From assembly GCA_003142855.1 (NCBI GenBank), contig PLNW01000122.1:6213-70212 (forward strand): DNA of 64,000 bases, in the 5' to 3' direction. Of this stretch, positions 10,560 through 18,614 are shown in pieces. The DNA is from Myxococcales bacterium. GTDB taxonomy: Bacteria > Myxococcota_A > Polyangia > Fen-1088. The notes under the pieces were generated by a model. It was not told where the DNA came from, made no database searches, and was given only the letters and a program-made list of their open reading frames with translations. The stretch's first letter is position 1, and every line of letters begins with the position of its first letter. The position numbers were made by a program, and so were the translations under genes.

Positions 10560-11927
10560 ATGCTTGTCCCTGTTCTTCTTCTTGTGCTGGCCGCAGAAGT
10601 CAGCGAGACAGCCCCCCGGCTGCCCACAGTGGCAACGGTCGAGCGCATTCCGCTCCAGCGCGCAGCCAAGAGCGTGACCTTGACGGTCTATCCCTTCAAG
10701 AAGCGCATCGAGCTGCGTCCCACCGGCGAGAGCGCAGCTCTGGCCTCCAAGATCGCTTCGGCCGGCTCGCGCCTGTGCCCGCGCTCCCTGGTGGATCACG
10801 GCACGATCATCCTCCAGTGTGCGACCCGCCGTCTTGACGGCGCGTTGATCGACGAGAAGGGCAAGCTCTTCCTGGAAATCTACGAGGTGCGGGGAGTGCC
10901 TTGGCGGGGCGAGGAGAATCGCATCCAGATATTTTACAGTCCCATCGCCTTTCGCTTGGGCGACGGCTGTCCCGGTGACACGCCGGTATCCCGGGGTGAG
11001 TGCGCCTATCAGGCGGGGCAGTACACCGTCGCTGCGGTGGAGTTTCGCCGCGCCCTCAACGGCGATGGCCGTCGCGTGGCAGCCATTCGCTTGGGTGACA
11101 TGGCCCTCACGAACCAAGATCCGAGCGCAGCCGCCGGTTGGTATCAGACCGCCGGCCGCATGGGAGCCTTCGGCCGACTGGCCGTTGTCCGACTGTGCGA
11201 GCTGTCCGGCACCTGCCTGAGCAGACTGCACCAGAACGCATTCGACGCCACTCTTTTGCCCGAGCCCCTGCACACCGAAATGTTTCTGCGTGAGGCGCGC
11301 GTGGCTGCATACATGAGCGATCTCCCGCTGGCCATGCTCGCCCTCCGGCGGGCCATCGAGGCGGGCCATGGTGGGTGCGAGGGCAGCACCCAGCTCTTCT
11401 GCCGGCAATTGCTGCTCAACGTCCTGGAAGAACCGGGGAAAGACGGCGCGCTGGAGGCCCTGGAAACCTACCTGGCCCTGCCCGGCCGTACCGAAGGCCT
11501 GCTGGCCCTCACCTTGATCCGCGCGGCGGCGGAAAAAGCGGCGGCGCTGGGAGCCCCCGTCTTCGCCGGCAACGTGATGGCGTCGAGCGCCCAGGTGGTG
11601 GACACCTCGAACAAGGACCAGCTGGGCGAGTTCTTGCTGCGAACCGTGGAGCTCTATCTGGTGGGCGGCGATCGCACACGCGCACGCGTGGTGACCGAGT
11701 TTGCCGAGACGCGCTTGGGGCGAGCCAAGATGACGGGCGCCCGTTGGAAGGCGGTGCTCAGCGAGTTTCAGGGAAACGACGAGGCTCTGGCCGCCGCCGC
11801 ACAGGCTCAGCAGGTCGATGGCGAGATCACGCGTGACCTGGCCTTGGCCTACACCGCGCTTGCGCGCGCCACGGCTGCTCGCTTATCGGCCGAGGCAGCC
11901 AGCGACGAGTCATCGGGGGCGCCATGA
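10560..11927 (+). CDS. Secreted TPR-like helical protein heading the flagellar cluster
   Basis: Hydrophobic N-terminus; TPR-like 'RGECAYQAGQYTVAAVEFRRAL' and 'RLGDMAL..AAGWY'. Confidence 0.6.
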   Translation: MLVPVLLLVLAAEVSETAPRLPTVATVERIPLQRAAKSVTLTVYPFKKRIELRPTGESAALASKIASAGSRLCPRSLVDHGTIILQCATRRLDGALIDEKGKLFLEIYEVRGVPWRGEENRIQIFYSPIAFRLGDGCPGDTPVSRGECAYQAGQYTVAAVEFRRALNGDGRRVAAIRLGDMALTNQDPSAAAGWYQTAGRMGAFGRLAVVRLCELSGTCLSRLHQNAFDATLLPEPLHTEMFLREARVAAYMSDLPLAMLALRRAIEAGHGGCEGSTQLFCRQLLLNVLEEPGKDGALEALETYLALPGRTEGLLALTLIRAAAEKAAALGAPVFAGNVMASSAQVVDTSNKDQLGEFLLRTVELYLVGGDRTRARVVTEFAETRLGRAKMTGARWKAVLSEFQGNDEALAAAAQAQQVDGEITRDLALAYTALARATAARLSAEAASDESSGAP

Positions 11928-11954
11928 ACGGCCTCGTGCTCGGCAGGACGACTC

Positions 11955-11970
11955 TGGCACGCGACTGGCA
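11955..11970 (+). promoter_or_regulatory. Putative sigma54 promoter of the flgB operon
   Basis: TGGCACGCGACTGGCA followed by a GAGGAGG RBS. Confidence 0.7.
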
Positions 11971-11985
11971 AGAGAGGAGGCTGAC

Positions 11986-12432
11986 GTGAAGATTTTCGAC
12001 GCGACTCTCAACCAGCTGGAACGCAGCCTCGACGTGCGCTTGCTGCGCCACAACCTGCTGGCCGCCAACGTGGCCAATGCGGACACACCGGGCTTCCGTC
12101 CCAAGGACCTCGACTTCACCGCGGCCATGGCCTCGGTGGAAAACCACGCACAAAACAGCACCACGTTGCAGGGCGTGACCACGGCGCCCGGGCACATGGA
12201 CATGGGCGGCGTGCCCATTGGCAGCGCCAGCCCCCAGGATGCCCAGCTTTCGCCCAAGGACCTGCCGGTGGTGGACATCCCGTCGAACAACGCCTCGCTG
12301 GATGGCAACACGGTGGATCTCGACCGGACCATGGTGGCCATGGCCGAGAACGCCTTGCAGTACGGCGCCAGTGCCCGGGCCGCTTCTCGCAAGCTGGCCA
12401 TCCTCAAATACGTGGCCTCCGACGGCAGCTAA
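11986..12432 (+). CDS. flgB: Flagellar basal-body rod protein FlgB
   Basis: AANVANADTPGFRPKDLDF, DGNTVDLD. Confidence 0.95.
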   Translation: MKIFDATLNQLERSLDVRLLRHNLLAANVANADTPGFRPKDLDFTAAMASVENHAQNSTTLQGVTTAPGHMDMGGVPIGSASPQDAQLSPKDLPVVDIPSNNASLDGNTVDLDRTMVAMAENALQYGASARAASRKLAILKYVASDGS

Positions 12433-12444
12433 GAAAGGTGAAGC

Positions 12445-12879
12445 ATGGGAATGGATTTTCTGACAGCCCTACACGTGAGCGGCACGGCGCTTTCGGCCGA
12501 ACGCGTGCGCGTGAACCTGGCCTCGTCGAATCTGGCCAACGCTGAGACCACCCGCGACGCCAACGGCAACATGTACCGCCGGCTCGATCCGGTGTTCGAG
12601 ACCATGCCCCTGGGTGACGCCAGTGAAATCTCGCCCAATGCCACCGGGCCCATGGGTGTGCGCGTGTCGCGCATCGTGGCCGACAGCGGGGAGGGCCGCA
12701 AGGTCTACAGCCCCGGACACCCGGACGCCGATGCCGACGGATTTGTCACTTTCCCCGACGTGAATCCGGTGCACGAAGTGGTCAACCTGCTTTCCGCTTC
12801 GCGCTCCTACGATGCCAACGCCACCGCGCTGGAAACGCTCAAGCAGATGGCCGCTCGTGGCCTCGACATCACCCGATGA
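12445..12879 (+). CDS. flgC: Flagellar basal-body rod protein FlgC
   Basis: SSNLANAETT, PGHPDADADGFV..PDVN..EVVNLLSASRSY. Confidence 0.95.
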   Translation: MGMDFLTALHVSGTALSAERVRVNLASSNLANAETTRDANGNMYRRLDPVFETMPLGDASEISPNATGPMGVRVSRIVADSGEGRKVYSPGHPDADADGFVTFPDVNPVHEVVNLLSASRSYDANATALETLKQMAARGLDITR

Positions 12880-12905
12880 GAAAACCCTGCTGACGGACAA
12901 CAACC

Positions 12906-13214
12906 ATGCGCACTGAAATGGACCTCGCCTTCGCAAAGATAAATGGACTGGATGGGGCCGAGCGCGCCATCGAACAGAGCCCCAAGAACACCAACGCGGC
13001 CGCCTTCGCCGGCGAGCTAGACCGCGCGATTGGCGAGGTGGACAAGCTGCAGGTCGAGGCCGACCAGCAGGCTGCCAAGGTGGCAGCCGGCGGAGGCAAC
13101 CTGCACGAAATGGCGCTGGCGCTGGAGAAGGCCGATGTGGGCATGCGACTGGCGGTGCGGGTGCGCAACAAGGTGGTCGAGACCTACAACGAGATCATGC
13201 GCATGGGCGTGTAA
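12906..13214 (+). CDS. fliE: Flagellar hook-basal body protein FliE
   Basis: LHEMALALEKA..VRNKVVETYNEIMRMGV. Confidence 0.95.
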   Translation: MRTEMDLAFAKINGLDGAERAIEQSPKNTNAAAFAGELDRAIGEVDKLQVEADQQAAKVAAGGGNLHEMALALEKADVGMRLAVRVRNKVVETYNEIMRMGV

Positions 13215-13217
13215 ACC

Positions 13218-14795
13218 ATGGATCCAGTCAGCAAAATGCTTCGCGGATTTTCCCGGCGCTTCGCGGAAATGAGCCCAGGGGCGCGCATGCTGCTGGGCTC
13301 TCTGGTCGGCCTGGCGTTGGTGGCAGGGGTGCTGGTCAGCGTGTTTGGCAGCGGCGCCACCTATCAATATGCGTTCACCAACCTTTCGCCCGAGGACGCC
13401 TCCGAGGCGGCGGCCGCGCTCAAGGCGGCGGGCATGACTTTTCGCAGCGAGGCCAACGGGGCCGCGCTGGCGGTTCCGGCTTCGCAGGTACACGACGCGC
13501 GCTTGCTCTTGGCCGCGCAGGGCCTACCGCGCGGGGGTGGTGTGGGTTTCGAGTTGTTCGATCGCAGCGACTTTGGCGCCTCCGAGTTCACCCAGCGGGT
13601 GAACCTGCGGCGCGCGACCGAGGGCGAGCTGGCCCGCACCATCTCGCGCCTGCAAGCTGTGCGCTCGGCGCGCGTGCACGTGACCATGCCGGAAAAGGGT
13701 CTGTACCGTGACGATGACCGGCACGCAGCCGCGGCGGTGGTTCTCAACCTGCAGCCGGGCCGAACCATGCACGAACGCGAGTTGGCTGGCGTCCGGCATC
13801 TGGTCGCCTCAGCGGTCGCGGGATTGGACGCCGACAGCGTCACTGTGGTGGACCAGCGGGGCACCGTGCTGTCAGGCGATCATTCCCCAACCGGGAAGTT
13901 GATTGCACAAGAGCGAGAGATCGAGAGTGCCCTCGAACAGCGCATCGTCGATGTGCTTGAGCCTGCAGTGGGACGCAGTTCCGTGGTGGCGCGGGTAACG
14001 GCGAATCTCGACACCACCGAGATCGAAACCACCCAGGACAGCTACGACCCCGATACGGCCACCGTGCGCAGCGAGCACAAGACATCGGAAAGCATCAACA
14101 GCGACGGCAGCAGCAACTCCGGCGTGGCCGGCGCCGCCGCCAATCAACCCATGGGTGCCAACGGCGGCGGCAGCGCGGGCGCCAACCGCGCGCAGACCAA
14201 TCGCGAAGATGAAGTGCGTAACTACGAGATCGCCAAGAAAACCACACGCACCGTCGCCCACGGCCCGCGCATCGTGCGCCTGTCGGCCGCCGTCGTGGTG
14301 GACGGCGTGGACGGCAAGCCGCGACCAGCGGAAGAGGTACGCCGTCTCGCCGAGCTGGCCAAGCGGGCCATGGGCTTCGAGACACAGCGGGGTGACACCC
14401 TCGAGATCTCCAGCGCGGCCTTTGCCAAGGTCGAGGAGGCGGACGTCAAGGCGCCCATCTGGGAACGCCCCGAGTACTGGCGCCTGGGCAAACTGGTGGG
14501 CTGGGGCGCTCTGGGCCTCGTCGGTCTGTTGTTTATGGTCCGCCTCTTCCGTCGCACCTCATCGGCCATGGCGCTCTTGCAGCCGGGCACGCGGGTGGGC
14601 GATGTCGACATGGCCATGATGACCGGGTCGGGTGAAAGCTGGAGGATGGTGTCAGGCGACAACAGCGCGGCCCTGCGCGAGCGGGCGCGCGATCTAGGCA
14701 AGACCGATCCTGGCAAGGCAGCCCATCTGCTGAGAGCGTGGGTCAGCTCGGACGCCGAAGCGGGCCGCGAAGCCAAGGAGGGCGCTCATGTCTGA
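13218..14795 (+). CDS. fliF: Flagellar MS-ring protein FliF
   Basis: GVGFELFD..FG.SEF..RATEGELARTI..SARVHV; two TM segments. Confidence 0.95.
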   Translation: MDPVSKMLRGFSRRFAEMSPGARMLLGSLVGLALVAGVLVSVFGSGATYQYAFTNLSPEDASEAAAALKAAGMTFRSEANGAALAVPASQVHDARLLLAAQGLPRGGGVGFELFDRSDFGASEFTQRVNLRRATEGELARTISRLQAVRSARVHVTMPEKGLYRDDDRHAAAAVVLNLQPGRTMHERELAGVRHLVASAVAGLDADSVTVVDQRGTVLSGDHSPTGKLIAQEREIESALEQRIVDVLEPAVGRSSVVARVTANLDTTEIETTQDSYDPDTATVRSEHKTSESINSDGSSNSGVAGAAANQPMGANGGGSAGANRAQTNREDEVRNYEIAKKTTRTVAHGPRIVRLSAAVVVDGVDGKPRPAEEVRRLAELAKRAMGFETQRGDTLEISSAAFAKVEEADVKAPIWERPEYWRLGKLVGWGALGLVGLLFMVRLFRRTSSAMALLQPGTRVGDVDMAMMTGSGESWRMVSGDNSAALRERARDLGKTDPGKAAHLLRAWVSSDAEAGREAKEGAHV

Positions 14796-15816
14796 TGGTT
14801 TCTTGACCAGGCAGATCATCCCGGCTGGGCCAGGCGCCCAGCGGGCAGCGGCGGTGCTGCTCGGGCTGGGGCCCGAGGTGGCGGCCCAGATCTTCAAGTC
14901 TCTCGACGAAAGTACGGTGCGCTCGATCGCGGTGGCCGCACGCAGCCTGCGCAAGGCCCCCGCGGTCATTCCCGCGGCGCTCTCATCCTTCGTGAAGACC
15001 ATGACCGGACTCGACGGCGAGGCTATGGCCGGCGACAGCCTGCTACGCGAGGCCGCGACCAAGGCCCTGGGCCAGGACGTCGCTCGCCGCGTGTTTGAAG
15101 ATATTCCCGCTCCCTCGGTGGCGGCGGAAGAAGGTTTCACCAACATCGCCAATGCCGATCCCGAAGCCCTGGCACTCTTGCTCTCGCGTGAACAGCCGCA
15201 AACCGCGGCCGTGGTGCTGGGTACGGTGAGCCACGCCCACGCCCTGGCCGTGCTCAAGCACATCCCGCAGGCGCAGCGTCCCCAGATCCTACGCCGGCTG
15301 GCCTCGCTCGAGACCGTGGCGCCTGAAGTGTTGCAGGAGGTGGGTCAGGCCCTGTCTCAAGACTTGGGCGCCGCCGTTCCGGCCAATGCGCGCAAGCTCG
15401 ACGGGCGCAACACCGCGGTGGGCCTGCTGCGTTCGGTGCCGGCGGCCGAACAGAGCGAGGTGGTGGGCGAGATCGAGAAGGACGACCCCGAACTGGGAGC
15501 GGCCTTGCGCTCACGCCTCTTCACCTTCGACGACCTCATCCACCTGGCCGATCGGGACATGCAGACTCTCATCCGCGAGATCGACATGACCCAGCTCACG
15601 GTCGCGCTCAAGGGCGCGCCGCCAGCGGTGAAAGAACGCTTCATGAAGAACATGTCGACTCGCGCCGGCCAGATGCTGGAAGACGAGATCAGCGCCATGG
15701 GTCCAGTCAAGCTGGCCGCGGTGGAGGCCGCGCAAGCCGAGCTGGTCAAGATTGCGTTTGGCCTGGCCGAGCAGGGTCGCATCAGCATCGTCAACCCAAC
15801 GGAAAGGATGGTCTGA
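14788..15816 (+). CDS. fliG: Flagellar motor switch protein FliG
   Basis: EQPQTAAVVL, RLFTFDDL, NMSTRAGQMLEDE..GPV. Confidence 0.95.
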   Translation: MSDGFLTRQIIPAGPGAQRAAAVLLGLGPEVAAQIFKSLDESTVRSIAVAARSLRKAPAVIPAALSSFVKTMTGLDGEAMAGDSLLREAATKALGQDVARRVFEDIPAPSVAAEEGFTNIANADPEALALLLSREQPQTAAVVLGTVSHAHALAVLKHIPQAQRPQILRRLASLETVAPEVLQEVGQALSQDLGAAVPANARKLDGRNTAVGLLRSVPAAEQSEVVGEIEKDDPELGAALRSRLFTFDDLIHLADRDMQTLIREIDMTQLTVALKGAPPAVKERFMKNMSTRAGQMLEDEISAMGPVKLAAVEAAQAELVKIAFGLAEQGRISIVNPTERMV

Positions 15817-15820
15817 CCCG

Positions 15821-16438
15821 ATGATCGCGCGCAACGGAGACGCCCCCACCCGCCGCCCCACGTTCATGGGTCGCATCCCCAGCCAGCCGCACGTCGAGCC
15901 GGCCGCCTTCGGGGGTACGCCGCTGCGCCGCTCGTCGCCAGGCCTGGCGGACCACTCCGCGTCTCCCACCGTCATCGACATGCAACAGGTGGCCGAGCAG
16001 GTGAGCGAGCGCATTGGCAGCGCCGCCCAGTTCTTGCGCCAGGCCGCTGAACGGCTGGGGGCCGAGGCTCGCTCCGACGCGCTGGAGGTGGGCTTCATGG
16101 TGGCGCGCCGGATTCTGGAAACCGATCTGACCGCCAATGTGGAACACCTGGTGGGACTGGTGCGCAGTGCGATTCGCCGCTTGGGCGAGTCCCGCCACAT
16201 CAAGCTGCAGCTTTGCCCGGAGGACGCTCGGCTGATCGAGGAGGCGCTGCACAAGGACGGCGCGCAGTCCATCTCCTCGGTGGCGGCTGCCCAGATCGAA
16301 GTCATCGCGGATCCGTCGCTGCAACGGGGCGACTGCTTGGTCGCGGGCGATCTCGGCACAGTGGACGGGCGGATCAACACCCGCCTTGAGGAGCTGCGCC
16401 ACGCCCTGCACACGGGAAATTGGGAGGAGAGTTCGTGA
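15821..16438 (+). CDS. fliH: Flagellar export protein FliH
   Basis: QLCPED..DPSLQRGDCLV..GTVDGRI; lies between fliG and fliI. Confidence 0.85.
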   Translation: MIARNGDAPTRRPTFMGRIPSQPHVEPAAFGGTPLRRSSPGLADHSASPTVIDMQQVAEQVSERIGSAAQFLRQAAERLGAEARSDALEVGFMVARRILETDLTANVEHLVGLVRSAIRRLGESRHIKLQLCPEDARLIEEALHKDGAQSISSVAAAQIEVIADPSLQRGDCLVAGDLGTVDGRINTRLEELRHALHTGNWEESS

Positions 16439-17784
16439 GCTTGCTCAATCTGCAAGCCATCCGCACGCAACTGACTCACGCCGAGCCCTGCGTGCTGGCC
16501 GGCCGGGTGACGCGCGCCTCGGGCATCGTGGTGGAGGCGGCGCTGCCCCAGGTGGCGGTGGGAACTTCGTGCGAGATTCACGCCGCCGGGAACCGCAAGG
16601 TTGCGGCTGAGGTGGTGGGCTTTGCTGGTTCGCAAGCCATCCTGATGCCATTCGGCGACGTGCGCGGCATCGGTGAGGGTTGCCCGGTCATCCCCCGCGC
16701 CAGCGCGGGCGAGATCGTCGTAGGTGAAGCGCTGCTCGGCCGGGTGGTTGACGCCGCCATGCGACCGCTCGACGGCATGCCCGCCCCGATTCTGCATACG
16801 CGCGTGCCTTTGCATGCGCCGCCCCCGCCTGCCATGAGCCGGCGGCGCATCAGCAAGCCTCTGGCGCTGGGCATCCGTTCCATCGACGCCTGCCTGACCT
16901 GCGGCGAGGGCCAGCGACTCGGCATCATGTCGGGCCCGGGCGTGGGCAAGAGCGTGCTTTTGGGCATGCTCGCGCGCAGTGCCGACGCCGACGTCATCGT
17001 GGTGGGGCTGGTGGGCGAACGCGGCCGCGAAGTGCGCGAGTTCGTGGAGCGCGACCTGGGCCAGGGTCTGCAGCGTTCCGTGGTCGTGGTGGCCACCGGC
17101 GACGAGCCACCCTTGGTGCGCGTGCGCGCCGCCATGGCCGCCACCGCGGTGGCCGAGTACTTCCGCAACCACGGCAAGCGCGTGCTCTTGTTGCTCGATT
17201 CGCTCACCCGGGTGGCCATGGCACAAAGGGAAATCGGGCTGGCCGCGGGCGAGCCTCCCACCGCGCGCGGCTATCCGCCGTCGGTGTTCGCCCTGCTGCC
17301 ACGCTTGGTGGAGCGTGCGGGAAACGTCGAGGGCGTGGGCAGCATCACCGCCATGTACACCGCTCTGGCCGAGGGTGACGATCTCACCGACCCGGTGGTC
17401 GATGCCGCGCGCGCGTGCCTGGATGGCCACATCGTACTGGCGCGCAAGCTGGCGCAACGGGGCCACTTCCCGGCCGTCGACCTGCTCGGCAGCGTAAGCC
17501 GGGTCATGAACGATATCGTGTCAGCCGGCCATCGCGATCTGGCGCAGGAAGCGCGCGAGGTTTTGGCCGCATACCGGGAGACAGCGGATCTCATCGAGGT
17601 GGGCGCGTACGTCGCTGGCACCAATGCGCGCGTCGACCGCGCTCTTCGCTGCATCAATGAAGTCAACAGCGTGCTTCGCCAGGGCCCGGAGGAACGTTTC
17701 ACGCTGGAGCAGACCTTGGCCGAGCTTAAGCGCGCGCTGGACGGGCCGCCTGCCGCGGCTCCGGCCAAGCAGGGAGTGCCATGA
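16435..17784 (+). CDS. fliI: Flagellar export ATPase FliI
   Basis: GPGVGKS, VGERGREVREF, DSLTR.AMAQREIGL..GEPP..GYPPS, LDGHIVL. Confidence 0.95.
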   Translation: MSLLNLQAIRTQLTHAEPCVLAGRVTRASGIVVEAALPQVAVGTSCEIHAAGNRKVAAEVVGFAGSQAILMPFGDVRGIGEGCPVIPRASAGEIVVGEALLGRVVDAAMRPLDGMPAPILHTRVPLHAPPPPAMSRRRISKPLALGIRSIDACLTCGEGQRLGIMSGPGVGKSVLLGMLARSADADVIVVGLVGERGREVREFVERDLGQGLQRSVVVVATGDEPPLVRVRAAMAATAVAEYFRNHGKRVLLLLDSLTRVAMAQREIGLAAGEPPTARGYPPSVFALLPRLVERAGNVEGVGSITAMYTALAEGDDLTDPVVDAARACLDGHIVLARKLAQRGHFPAVDLLGSVSRVMNDIVSAGHRDLAQEAREVLAAYRETADLIEVGAYVAGTNARVDRALRCINEVNSVLRQGPEERFTLEQTLAELKRALDGPPAAAPAKQGVP

Positions 17785-18614
17785 CGACAATGCTGTTGCA
17801 TCTATGGTTGCTCGCGGCCAGCGCGGCCGCCGCGCCGGACACCAGCCTCACGCCGCCGCCGCTCACACCTACGGTGGAAGGGCCGGCTGCACCTTCCCCG
17901 GCGCCACCGCCCCTGCCCACACTGCCCGGCCTCCCCGGATCAGCGGCAGGCTCGGGCGCCGGCGCTGCCTCGGGACGAGCGCGCGCGCCGGAAGCAAACC
18001 CGGTTGATGGACAGAAGGCCGCTACGCAGAAGCGTGATGCGAAATCTGACGGCTCCGCTCGACTCGGCGGCGACAAAAGCACGCGCACGCCTAGCAAACG
18101 ACCCGCCAAACCCGTCCTGCCCACGTTGACCCCCACGGCTCTCAAAGGCGAGTTGCACCAGACGCTGGCCAAACCGGGCGAGGCGCCCGTGCCGGTTACC
18201 GATCGGGCGCGTCTCGAGCAGTTGGCATCGGAGATCGCCCATGCGCGTGAGGCGCTCCGGCAGGAGACGGCCCGCCTGGAGGCGCTTGTCAAACAGGTCG
18301 GTCCGTGCGGCGAGGCTCGCAGTTCGTCGAGCGAGATCGACCCTGCTGCGGCTGCAGCAGCAACGGCGGCCAAAGAGGCGGCTCGCGAGCAGCTGGACAG
18401 CGTGTCCAAGGCTTTGAAAGGCATGAAGCCCGAACAAGCAGCGGCGGTGGTGTCGCTGCTGGATCACCGTCTGGCTGGCGAGGTTCTGCGTCGCATGCGG
18501 CCCGCCGACGCCGGGGCTTTGATGGGCTACTTGAAACCGGAGGTGGCCGCCGGGCTGGCCACCGAGATCGCAACCCGCAAGCCGACCCTGGCCAAGAAGG
18601 GAACCGCCCCATGA
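17781..18614 (+). CDS. MotE/FlbB-like flagellar protein (signal peptide, Pro-rich linker, MgtE-N-like C-terminus)
   Basis: C-terminal 'GMKPEQAAAVV..LAGEVLRRMRPADAGALMGYLKPEVAA'. Confidence 0.7.
   Translation: MTTMLLHLWLLAASAAAAPDTSLTPPPLTPTVEGPAAPSPAPPPLPTLPGLPGSAAGSGAGAASGRARAPEANPVDGQKAATQKRDAKSDGSARLGGDKSTRTPSKRPAKPVLPTLTPTALKGELHQTLAKPGEAPVPVTDRARLEQLASEIAHAREALRQETARLEALVKQVGPCGEARSSSSEIDPAAAAAATAAKEAAREQLDSVSKALKGMKPEQAAAVVSLLDHRLAGEVLRRMRPADAGALMGYLKPEVAAGLATEIATRKPTLAKKGTAP

Noticed and set aside
15511-17466. 651-aa antisense ORF, and similar long shadow ORFs such as 797-2518, 4263-5720 and 41655-43022
   Set aside because: They lie opposite well-supported genes and are typical high-GC codon-bias artefacts
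13218-17784. Non-flagellar type III secretion system
   Set aside because: Rod, hook, flagellin and stator genes show it is flagellar
18305-18610. N-terminal extension making FliK 869 aa
   Set aside because: It overlaps the MotE-like gene; the ATGA-coupled start at 18611 is more plausible
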